The translations under genes and the position numbers were made by a program. From Thermoplasmataceae archaeon (lineage in GTDB: Archaea; Thermoplasmatota; Thermoplasmata; Thermoplasmatales; Thermoplasmataceae), in contig JAVRLS010000001.1 in NCBI GenBank assembly GCA_031961205.1, forward strand, positions 1-60,614: a stretch of DNA of 60,614 nucleotides. Reading direction: 5' to 3'. Below are positions 10,673 through 19,077 of the stretch, piece by piece; positions within the stretch are counted from its first letter, which is position 1; each line of letters begins with the position of its first letter. The notes below the pieces were generated by a model that saw nothing but the letters and a program-made list of their open reading frames with translations, made no database searches and was not told the DNA's origin.

Positions 10673-11182
10673 TCATAAAACAGGAAACTTAACAGGATAG
10701 ACAAAGCTATGAGGTATTGTGATATTTATACCTTCGATGGAGGAAAGCATTTTTACAGCAATGTTAAACATTTCTATAGCTTTATCAAACGAGAGCATCT
10801 GATAGTGTACCATTGAAGCTGATAAAAGTATTAAACCGCGATAAAACTTCCTTTCATTCCCTTTTGAATGTTTCCATAAACTTTCCATAACTTCGTGGGC
10901 TTCCCAGTATTTTTCATCTGAAAAAAGTGCGGATACATTGCGCAATATATCTTCCTTATCGCGTGTTGCCAGAGATTCCTGAAGTTTTTCAGCGTCAAAT
11001 TCCTCGACTTCCTTAACGCTTATGCTTTTTAATATCTCGTCTATGCATGCGTCGTTTCTTGTATGTATATCAAGTTCTATGTCCCTGGTTCTGTACCTGA
11101 ATATTGGCCGATCTATGCAGCTTAATTTTTTGATATCGTCCGGAGCCACATCTTTTGGGATATAAATTAGATATCTTTGCAT
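10673..11182 (-). CDS. DUF309-domain protein
   Basis: 169-aa ORF. The C-terminal half (FSDEKYWEAHEVMESLWKHSKGNERKFYRGLILLSASMVHYQ) matches the DUF309 helical-hairpin signature. Confidence 0.6.
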   Translation of the reverse strand: MQRYLIYIPKDVAPDDIKKLSCIDRPIFRYRTRDIELDIHTRNDACIDEILKSISVKEVEEFDAEKLQESLATRDKEDILRNVSALFSDEKYWEAHEVMESLWKHSKGNERKFYRGLILLSASMVHYQMLSFDKAIEMFNIAVKMLSSIEGINITIPHSFVYPVKFPVL

Positions 11183-11198
11183 CAGTGAGACCTTTGGA

Positions 11199-12032
11199 TC
11201 AAGCTTTATGTTTCAAAGATTCCTGGCTGCCTATAAAATCTGTGTACGATTTAGGTTCCTTCACGTATCTCGTAAGTATGCTTGTTTCCCTGGAATAGTC
11301 TTCAAATAGCATCCTGGCCTCATATTCTTTGAATATGCCTGTATCTTTTATGTTCATTATGCTCCTATCAAGTTTTGCCTCCCCTACAGAATGCATGCCT
11401 TTGATAGATCTCATAGCGTTAACTGCGTCCATGAGTGAAAATTTGTTGATGCCACTGATATCGTAGGTGCCTTCTCTTCCAAGGTTCTGTTTGACAACGG
11501 ATATGACATCGTCAACGTAAACTGGTGCCAGGTTTCCTCCCGGATATAGGTGGGTAATTGATAAAGAAAGCTTCTGAAGGCGATCCGTTATATGATCACC
11601 CTCCCCAAAAACATATGGAAGACGGAACACGAGACCATTTTTAAATACGCGTGTATTGTCTTCCACAAGTCTCTTTGTTCTGAAAAAATCCAGTGGATAC
11701 GAAGGCTGATTGATCATGGAAAATGAGATTATTTTTTGATCTTTGTCATATTTTTTGATTGCTTCAACGATGTTCTTTATGCCGGTAAGAGTAACATTCC
11801 TGTTTTCACTTTCTTCGACGCCCCATTTCTCAACAGCATAGACTATTGTATCGAATCCTTCAATAGCTTCTAGAACATTTTCGTAGGATGTCACATCACC
11901 CTTCACCCACTTTGCGTTTTTGTTCTTAATATCTGCATTTTCCCTTGAAAAATAAACGATTTCCTCAGCATCAATGCCTTCAACAAGTTTTTTTCCAATG
12001 AATCCGGTTCCACCGAAAACTATGATTTTCAC
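11199..12032 (-). CDS. NAD(P)-binding epimerase/dehydratase-family (atypical SDR / NmrA-like) protein
   Basis: 277-aa ORF. N-terminal Rossmann motif MKIIVFGGTGFIGKKLV. Confidence 0.75.
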   Translation of the reverse strand: MKIIVFGGTGFIGKKLVEGIDAEEIVYFSRENADIKNKNAKWVKGDVTSYENVLEAIEGFDTIVYAVEKWGVEESENRNVTLTGIKNIVEAIKKYDKDQKIISFSMINQPSYPLDFFRTKRLVEDNTRVFKNGLVFRLPYVFGEGDHITDRLQKLSLSITHLYPGGNLAPVYVDDVISVVKQNLGREGTYDISGINKFSLMDAVNAMRSIKGMHSVGEAKLDRSIMNIKDTGIFKEYEARMLFEDYSRETSILTRYVKEPKSYTDFIGSQESLKHKA

Positions 12033-12721
12033 TGGTGAGTAACTTTTTTACCTATTAAAAAGTGATGTTGTATTTCATATATGATAATCCAGAGAACCTA
12101 ACTTTTGTTAAAGACAAAATTGAATAGCATAATAACAGCCGTCCTTATAAAAAGGTCCATGGGTATACGTTCACAACTATGTTTAAGTAGAAAATCCATG
12201 ATTTTAGAATCATATGTATATGTCCACTAATTAGTTATTTCATTGCAGGTTTTTATGTGGATGCTATTACCAGAAATACAGATTCATATTTTTATCGCAA
12301 AGAATATTGTCCTGGTTGTTTATCAGCTTAAGAAATTGTTTATAAATTTTTATTAAATAAAAATTAAAAAAATCTTTATGAGTATCACTGCAACAGGGTA
12401 AATCGTCATATTCCGGAGAATAAACAGATTCGGTACAGCGTAGGAAGCTTGATTCTCTTGAGAAGATATTCTCTGTATCAAAGGATTTCACAGAAATGAA
12501 TCAGTTGAAAAATGAATCGCCGGGATATTATAGAAAGCAGTATTGAGAAGAAATATTCATTTGAGAAGATGCCTATGAACTGTAGAATATTCAGAAAATT
12601 ATGTTGCAGAACCGGAAATAAAGAGAGAATTAGCAGGAAGCAGAAAGGTATATTTGAAAAACTATCGTTGTCGCTGGATCATGTGCCTGCATTTCTGAAG
12701 AGTTAAGGATGCACAGCTGCC

Positions 12722-12830
12722 TATAGATGTCAATGGAAAAAGTTCTTTTGACTGATCCGCTCCCTTTATTCTGGACACTTGGACGGATATGATTACATAA
12801 ATGTCATTGGAACTTTTTTCATAGAAGAAG
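12722..12830. repeat. MITE-like hairpin repeat, copy A
   Basis: Both termini are nearly identical to those of the element at 58018-58185 (TATAGATGTCAATGRAAAAAGTTCTTTTG ... AAATGTCAT(T)GGAACTTTTTTCATAGAAG). The termini are imperfect inverted repeats (ATGRAAAAAGTTC / GAACTTTTTTCAT). Confidence 0.7.
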
Positions 12831-12905
12831 AAGCAATAAAAATAATTGTTGAAAAATCAAAAATTGTGGAAATGTGTATTTAAAATAAAAATATTTTTAA
12901 ATAAT

Positions 12906-14375
12906 TTATTCTTTTGCATTTTCCGCTTTTTCTGGCACTCTTACAGGTATCTTCTTTGACGCATCGCGTAGTTTGCCAAGTGTATTATCTTCAAACATTG
13001 ATGTAATATCCTCCACTGATTTTCCCTTTGTTACAGGCATTATAAAGTAGAATATTGTCACTGCTATCAATGATAACACTCCAAATATTGCCATGGAATA
13101 TCCTATTTTTATTGTTGAATCCATAACCGGGAATATTTCTATTATAGCAAAATTTGAAATCCAGTCAATAAAAGCTATTAAAGATGCATACCTTCCCCTG
13201 AAATTGGTTGGAAAATATTCGCCTTGTATAATCCAGCCTGTTCCTCCAACTCCAAAAGCAAAGAAGACAATAAATCCTGCAAAGCCTATTAAAAGGCCTA
13301 TACTTATATGTAATAAATACAGCACTGTCCCGAGAAAATCAAAAAATGCCATGCCACTGTATCCTAAAAGTGCCAGTGATCTTCTTCCAAATGAATCTAT
13401 TAACTTGAATCCTATATATGTTGCTGCCACATTTACTACTGCCAGTATGGATGATGCTTCAACAGCGAATATTATTCCACCGACAGTAGAGCTTGAGGAA
13501 GATATCAGATGGAGTGAGCCTATTATAACCGGTCCATAATAGAATGGTATATTTATTCCTGTTATCTGCTGAAACATCATAAACAGAGCAACGATCAAAA
13601 ATGCCCTTTTTACTCCGGATGTCATGCCCTTTGTTTCCTTGGACTTTAAATAATCATGTGTCTCCTTAAGTTCCTGTTCTGTTGTATCTACGCCAAATCT
13701 CTTTATTGCATCTATGGCCTTATCAAACTTCTCATGCAGTATTAACCATCTTGGTGATTCAGGCATGTATATCCTGAATCCCAGGCCAATAAGAGCAGGC
13801 ACGGCTGCCAGAATCAAAAGAATTCTCCAGTCAAGGGTGAACGCCAGTCCAGGTGCAAGCGCGAAGGTAGCCATTCCAACAAGATATGCAGTAAGTATAC
13901 CAACAGTTAAAACCCACTGCTGCATTATTGCAAGCTTACCTCTCTTTTCTTTCGGAGCGTATTCCGCTATGTATGAAGTTGCAATTGCAGAATCTGCCCC
14001 TACTGCTATTCCTATCAGTGTTCTTGAAATCAATAGCATTGCAAGGTCGATTGTTAAACCTGATAATATTGCGCCTAAGGCATATATTATTGCATCTGCT
14101 ATTAATAGATATTTCCTTCCATATTTATCGGAAAGAAGTGCTGCTATTAATGCGCCTGCAGCTGCACCCAAAGAAGCCCCGGCAACGAGATACCCCTCAA
14201 TAAATCCCTTTATGGCGGGGTAAACGTGCTCAAGTACCGGCAATGCACTGCCTATATTCGTAGTGTCATAACCAAATAAAAATCCTCCAAGTGTAGCCAG
14301 GATTGTTACCGACCAATAGAAAGCTGTAGTATTTTTCGAATCCAGCTTGCTTAAAAGTTTGTCGCTTAGCTCCAT
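12906..14375 (-). CDS. MFS transporter, sugar-porter family
   Basis: 489-aa ORF with 12-TM hydropathy. Sugar-porter motifs GRKYLLI, PESPRWL, PETKG-like (PVTKGKS). Confidence 0.85.
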   Translation of the reverse strand: MELSDKLLSKLDSKNTTAFYWSVTILATLGGFLFGYDTTNIGSALPVLEHVYPAIKGFIEGYLVAGASLGAAAGALIAALLSDKYGRKYLLIADAIIYALGAILSGLTIDLAMLLISRTLIGIAVGADSAIATSYIAEYAPKEKRGKLAIMQQWVLTVGILTAYLVGMATFALAPGLAFTLDWRILLILAAVPALIGLGFRIYMPESPRWLILHEKFDKAIDAIKRFGVDTTEQELKETHDYLKSKETKGMTSGVKRAFLIVALFMMFQQITGINIPFYYGPVIIGSLHLISSSSSTVGGIIFAVEASSILAVVNVAATYIGFKLIDSFGRRSLALLGYSGMAFFDFLGTVLYLLHISIGLLIGFAGFIVFFAFGVGGTGWIIQGEYFPTNFRGRYASLIAFIDWISNFAIIEIFPVMDSTIKIGYSMAIFGVLSLIAVTIFYFIMPVTKGKSVEDITSMFEDNTLGKLRDASKKIPVRVPEKAENAKE

Positions 14376-15178
14376 TGACTTAAATCATTACCTGGTATAT
14401 ACAATTAATCGTTGGTCGGCATGATTAGCACGAGCCTGAGGATCATTGGCAGGATTCTTTCCCGGAGATCAATTCCCGAATGATACTGTTCCTGGAACGT
14501 CCCTTATGGGATTCTGTTTTCTCAGCTTTGTTGTATAGTTTATGGAATTTAACTTTTGGAATATCTCCGCAACTCTTTTAGTCCGAGTATTCAGATACCT
14601 TCCTGAATATCACCGATGGCCTGAGGGATCGTTTTGCCCGGTCGTTTGTCATACTGATATAAATATCGATAACTAATTCGAAAAGCTATGCTTTTTTCTT
14701 TTGAGAAGGCTGCCAAATAATTTTTGCGTTTCAAATTTTAATCGGAATAGGTCAGGAATACAAGCTTGTGATGCAGATTATCTATATCATTCACTGTTCC
14801 GCTACCGTTGAATGATTTTGTCCCCTCGTTTATCTATTGAGGGGTGTCCATATTTTGAATCTTTCCTCTTTATGGAACTATTCAAGCGCCATGCATAGCG
14901 TATTATAAGTTGACCGCTCTGCTGCGAATTTCGCCTCCTTTTAGCGAAGTTTTCGAAAACCGAATGCCCGGCGTCTATATTTGTTCTATTACGATCAATG
15001 TCCTGATCATCCTGTGTTTCTTCAAAATTTTAATCATGCATTTAATATAATACATTGGTTATATAGTGATCTTTCAGTTCAAAATATTATATTCATATAT
15101 ATTCCATATACCTTAGACTGACCAGTTACGAATTATGAATAATGTTAAATATTGTGTAGCTATTCATTTTTGAAGTAT

Positions 15179-15433
15179 ATGCCTAAGACAGTAACAAACA
15201 TTAAACCGATGGATATTTTAAAGAGTTCAATTACAAAAAATGTCCTTATAGATGTTAAGGGTAACAGGGAATATTCGGGCATTCTTGAGGGGTATGATGT
15301 TTATATGAATATTGTACTCCAGAATGCGAGTGAAATAATAAACAAAGAGAATAGGGGGGTTTATGAAAGAATACTTGTACGCGGGGATAATGTCATATTT
15401 GTTTCTCCTTCAAAAGGTGATGTGAATGAGTAA
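15179..15433 (+). CDS. Sm-like archaeal protein (LSm/SmAP)
   Basis: 84 aa from the ATG at 15179. Sm1/Sm2 motifs (VLIDVKGNREYSGILEGYDVYMNIVL, ILVRGDNVIFVS). Conserved archaeal Sm-rpl37e pairing. Confidence 0.9.
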   Translation: MPKTVTNIKPMDILKSSITKNVLIDVKGNREYSGILEGYDVYMNIVLQNASEIINKENRGVYERILVRGDNVIFVSPSKGDVNE

Positions 15434-15590
15434 TGGAACAGCTGTAATGGGCAAAATAAACAATAAAAAAGTTCATATTACATGCAGAAGATGCGGCAGG
15501 CATACATATAATGTAAAAACCAAGAGGTGCTCACACTGTGGATTTCCAGCCCCAAGAATCAGATCTTATAGATGGGCAAAAGCCAAGTGA
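15426..15590 (+). CDS. rpl37e: 50S ribosomal protein L37e
   Basis: Below the ORF-track cutoff. Hand translation MSNGTAVMGKINNKKVHITCRRCGRHTYNVKTKRCSHCGFPAPRIRSYRWAKAK (54 aa, C4 zinc ribbon). 8-nt overlap with the Sm gene. Confidence 0.9.
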   Translation: MSNGTAVMGKINNKKVHITCRRCGRHTYNVKTKRCSHCGFPAPRIRSYRWAKAK

Positions 15591-16962
15591 GGACTGCGCG
15601 GTAGTTGGGTTCAAGGGGAATTCCCCCGCATACTTTCCTATCCTCCTAGCTTTGCGTGCGCTCCAGCACAGGGGCCAGGAAAGCGCCGGCATGGCCATTT
15701 TTAATGGCGAAAAAATTGTCTTGAAGAAAGGACTTGGACTTGTTACAGAAGTTTTTGACCCAAAACAGAAAGAACTTGATGGGACAACAGGCATCGGACA
15801 TACAAGGTATTCAACTGCCGGCTCAAAGAATGCCGGAAATGCTGGTCCCTTCCTTCTCAATTCTTCCGTAGGGTTTGCATCAATATCGCATAATGGAGAG
15901 ATAGTTAATGCAGATGCATTAAGGGAAGAAATGAAGAGCCAGGGGATAACGTTTCAGACAAATTCCGATACAGAGGTTATGCTGGCTGAACTTGTGCGGG
16001 AAATATCAAAGTATGGCTTCAAAGGCGGCTTTGAAATGTCCATGAAAAAATTGAGGGGTGGATACGCCTGCGCTTTTTCCATAAATGACCGGCTATTCGC
16101 GATGCGTGATCCGAATGGAATACGCCCGCTGGTTATAGGCCATAACCGGGACGGAATGATAATAGCATCTGAAACATGCGCTATAGATGTTCTTGAAGGT
16201 GAAGTCATAAGAGATGTGGAACCTGGTGAAATTTTAGAAATAAAGGACAATAAAATCGAAACTGTAACAAAAATGCAGGCGGCAAATACTGCACATTGCA
16301 TGTTCGAATATGTTTATTTTTCAAGGCCAGACAGCATTCTGGACAGCATAAATGTTTATAATGCAAGAGTCAAGATGGGCATGGTTCTTGCAAAGGAGCA
16401 TCCTGCTGATGCTGACATGGTGATTCCTGTGCCTGATTCCGGAAGATCTCAGGCAATAGGATTTTCCATGCAGTCAGGCGTATCATATGCAGAAGGACTG
16501 ATCAAAAACAGGTACTCGGAAAGAACTTTTATAATGCCGGATCAGAATGAAAGAAAAAAGGCTATCCGCCTGAAACTGAATCCAATTCGATCCGTTATAG
16601 AGAATAAGAGAATTGTACTTGTTGACGATAGCATAGTGCGTGGTAACACCATGAAATACATCGTATCATTGATGAAAAAGTACGGAGCCCTGGAAGTACA
16701 TGTACGCATAGGATCTCCACACATAATTGCTCCCTGCTATTTTGGAGTCGATATGAAAACAAAGGACCAGTTCATAGCCAGGGGAAAGACGGATGAAGAG
16801 TTAAATACCGAAATAGGTTCTGATTCCCTGGCGTTTCTTTCCATTGATGGCCTTAAGCAGGCAATAGACATGCCGGGAAACAGCCTTTGCATTGGCTGCC
16901 TTACAGGGACTTACCCTGTGGACGTGAGCAAATACATCATACCGGACATCACTTCTTTCTAG
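15538..16962 (+). CDS. purF: amidophosphoribosyltransferase (PurF)
   Basis: 474-aa ORF. Ntn-type catalytic Cys in EDCAVVGF, RGQESAGMA, PRT motif VLVDDSIVRGNT, C-terminal Fe-S Cys residues. The only canonical start is the GTG at 15538, which gives a 19-aa propeptide and a 53-nt overlap with rpl37e. Confidence 0.9.
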   Translation: MDFQPQESDLIDGQKPSEDCAVVGFKGNSPAYFPILLALRALQHRGQESAGMAIFNGEKIVLKKGLGLVTEVFDPKQKELDGTTGIGHTRYSTAGSKNAGNAGPFLLNSSVGFASISHNGEIVNADALREEMKSQGITFQTNSDTEVMLAELVREISKYGFKGGFEMSMKKLRGGYACAFSINDRLFAMRDPNGIRPLVIGHNRDGMIIASETCAIDVLEGEVIRDVEPGEILEIKDNKIETVTKMQAANTAHCMFEYVYFSRPDSILDSINVYNARVKMGMVLAKEHPADADMVIPVPDSGRSQAIGFSMQSGVSYAEGLIKNRYSERTFIMPDQNERKKAIRLKLNPIRSVIENKRIVLVDDSIVRGNTMKYIVSLMKKYGALEVHVRIGSPHIIAPCYFGVDMKTKDQFIARGKTDEELNTEIGSDSLAFLSIDGLKQAIDMPGNSLCIGCLTGTYPVDVSKYIIPDITSF

Positions 16963-17728
16963 ATTGTATTGCTTCATCTATAATTTTTTTGAATTTTTGT
17001 GTGTCTACCGTTGATGAAAAGTAATCCGCCCTTATTGCTATGGCTGCCTTGTTTGCTATCATTCTTGCGATCTTTCCCCGCATGGATGGCCTTAGCGATG
17101 CAAGCCCGGGATATTTGAAGATAACTCCATATTTTGGCGGTTTCTTACCCTTTTCTATGTGGAGAAAAAGTGCTTTTTCTGCGCCAAGCAGCTGTATTGA
17201 GCTTGATGGGTATGAAACAAGCCTCTTCATGCTTTTTGCCTTTACCAGTAGCTCGGTTGAGAGCTTATCACCGATAAGTGAAGCTGTATTTGGCATCAGT
17301 TTATGAACGCGGTTTTCGATTTCATCTTCAAGTTTATCCCTGAATTCACAGAGGGATATCCCCTCCGCAAATACATCATGGATCATGCCTGAATCTGAAT
17401 AAGACCTGAAAAATATGCACGGATCGGTATTCCTGTTCAGATCATAGAGGAGGGCGAATACCTTAATTTTTTCATAGTATGTGTTTATCGTCTCATCAAG
17501 CGATTCGCGGAATGCGGCCAGTTTAATGATCACCTGATCTTCTGTAAATTCCTCTTTTATTCTCGTTTTTCCGTACGCTATTAGCATTTCCCTTAGATCG
17601 GGTATTTTCCCGTCCCCTGAAATTTCCGGCGTATTTCCTTGTCTCATTTCGTTGAAAATTTCTATGTAATTCGTGTCCAGGTTCTGAAATAGTTTTTTCC
17701 CCTTTCCGTACCACATTAGCTTCTCCAT
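16949..17728 (-). CDS. Nop5/Nop56/58-like protein (NOSIC plus Nop domain), short form
   Basis: The ORF is open from 17845. Start proposed at the ATG at 17728 (MEKLMWYGKG). Nop-domain signature SIQLLGAEKALFLHIEKGKKPPKYGVIFKYPGL...GKIARMIANKAAIAIRAD. The N-terminal and coiled-coil parts are much shorter than in typical Nop5. Confidence 0.75.
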   Translation of the reverse strand: MEKLMWYGKGKKLFQNLDTNYIEIFNEMRQGNTPEISGDGKIPDLREMLIAYGKTRIKEEFTEDQVIIKLAAFRESLDETINTYYEKIKVFALLYDLNRNTDPCIFFRSYSDSGMIHDVFAEGISLCEFRDKLEDEIENRVHKLMPNTASLIGDKLSTELLVKAKSMKRLVSYPSSSIQLLGAEKALFLHIEKGKKPPKYGVIFKYPGLASLRPSMRGKIARMIANKAAIAIRADYFSSTVDTQKFKKIIDEAIQSRKK

Positions 17729-18569
17729 TCTGATCACCAACGATGATTCTGTCAAAATCCACCACTTTTGAGATAATATTACTGGAATCGCACATGGCCT
17801 TCCCGGTTCCGAGGACCTCGTTATCCTCTGAAAGGACGCAAACACGATCTCCCTTTATGAACGATCCGACAATGGCTTTAACGCCTCCCGCATAAAGATC
17901 TGAACCGTGCGATATATTTTTTATTGAACTTTTTTTGGCGATGATTTTTGGATAATCACGGAAAAGGTATGAAATATCAAGAATGAAGGATCTGAGTATT
18001 CTGTCATTTCCATTTTTTGCTATTTCAACTGCAGCAGTCAGATCCTGCAGTGTTATGGCTTTGTCCTCTCCGAAAGGGCCCGTGAGAGTTCTACGGAGAT
18101 CCACCATCTGGGCACCGACTCCGGAAACGTATCCAATATCAGTGCATAGAGTTCTGATATAAGTTCCAGATTCGCACCTGACTTTGAAAAGCACCAGGCG
18201 ATCCTTCTTTTCAATGAACTGGATATCATATATTTCCCTGATCCTTATATCCCTTACAACCGCCGATCTTACTGGCGGGAGCTGGTAAATTTTACCGGTA
18301 AAAATTCGGAAGACCTCCCTGACTTTTTCCTCATCTATATCAGCATAAAAGCGCATTACACATACGTATTCTTTTGGACTTTCATGCGCAACTTCTATGA
18401 GTTTTGCAGCCCTTCCAACTGCCATTACAAGTAAGCCGGTAACATTTGGATCCAGGGTCCCAACATGCCCGACTTTGTCGGTGCCTAAAAGCTGCTTGAC
18501 CCAGTAATCCACCTGATGGCTTGTAGGGCCCTGTGGCTTATCCAGTACTATGAATCCGTCCATAATCAT
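17523..18569 (-). CDS. cbf5: tRNA/rRNA pseudouridine synthase Cbf5 (TruB family) with PUA domain; ORF carries a 70-codon tail overlapping the nop5-like gene
   Basis: 348-aa ORF. TruB catalytic motif GHVGTLDPNVTGLL, YIRTL, PUA-like C-terminal region ending near ...VVDFDRIIV. The last ~70 codons are the out-of-frame reading of the nop5-like N-terminus. Confidence 0.85.
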   Translation of the reverse strand: MIMDGFIVLDKPQGPTSHQVDYWVKQLLGTDKVGHVGTLDPNVTGLLVMAVGRAAKLIEVAHESPKEYVCVMRFYADIDEEKVREVFRIFTGKIYQLPPVRSAVVRDIRIREIYDIQFIEKKDRLVLFKVRCESGTYIRTLCTDIGYVSGVGAQMVDLRRTLTGPFGEDKAITLQDLTAAVEIAKNGNDRILRSFILDISYLFRDYPKIIAKKSSIKNISHGSDLYAGGVKAIVGSFIKGDRVCVLSEDNEVLGTGKAMCDSSNIISKVVDFDRIIVGDQNGEANVVRKGEKTISEPGHELHRNFQRNETRKYAGNFRGRENTRSKGNANSVRKNENKRGIYRRSGDH

Positions 18570-19077
18570 ATATCATGCCTGCAATTTCTTCAGGATTAAG
18601 AAACTCTGTGTTTATTACAATATCGTATATGGATTTATCATCCATGTCAAAGCCATAAAGGTCTATGTATCTCTTTCTTTCGGAATTTTCCCGCTTGTCC
18701 ACAAGATAGGCGGATTCTTTGATACCGATGTTTTCCCTGTTTGAAAACCTGAGAATCCTCGTGTAGTAAGTTGCGTATAAGTAAACCTTAACGGCCTTTA
18801 TTGAGCTGTATTTGCATATCCATCCTGAGAGTCTTGATTCTACAATTATATTGTCATTGTTTTTAAGAAATTCCTCTTCCGTCCGGTCAGTTTCGTAATC
18901 CATTTCAGGATGATCTTCTGCATACAGATTGAATTCTTCTATGCTCATTCCTTTCTTCTTTGCGGTTTCCCTGAAAAATTCACCGCCGGAATACACACGG
19001 CATCCGGTGATCCTTGAAAGTTGATCGCTCACGGTGGATTTCCCTGAACCTATAGGACCGCTGACAGCATACCTCAT
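18538..19077 (-). CDS. cmk: cytidylate kinase (archaeal type)
   Basis: 179-aa ORF. P-loop SGPIGSGKST. Conserved position between the DUF106 gene and cbf5. Confidence 0.85.
   Translation of the reverse strand: MRYAVSGPIGSGKSTVSDQLSRITGCRVYSGGEFFRETAKKKGMSIEEFNLYAEDHPEMDYETDRTEEEFLKNNDNIIVESRLSGWICKYSSIKAVKVYLYATYYTRILRFSNRENIGIKESAYLVDKRENSERKRYIDLYGFDMDDKSIYDIVINTEFLNPEEIAGMIYDYGRIHSTG

Noticed and set aside
12267-12706. Two small ORFs (74 aa minus, 64 aa plus) in the 12-kb spacer
   Set aside because: The sequence is very AT-rich and low-complexity, with no SD and no recognisable motifs. I treated them as part of a decayed or non-coding spacer rather than as genes.
17693-17702. A6G4 homopolymer inside the cbf5/nop5 overlap as a programmed frameshift site that would fuse Cbf5 to Nop5
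   Set aside because: The nop5 frame is +1 relative to cbf5, and the run does not form an X-XXY-YYZ heptamer in the cbf5 frame. A Cbf5-Nop5 fusion has no precedent that I know of. I kept it only as a possible indel-error site.
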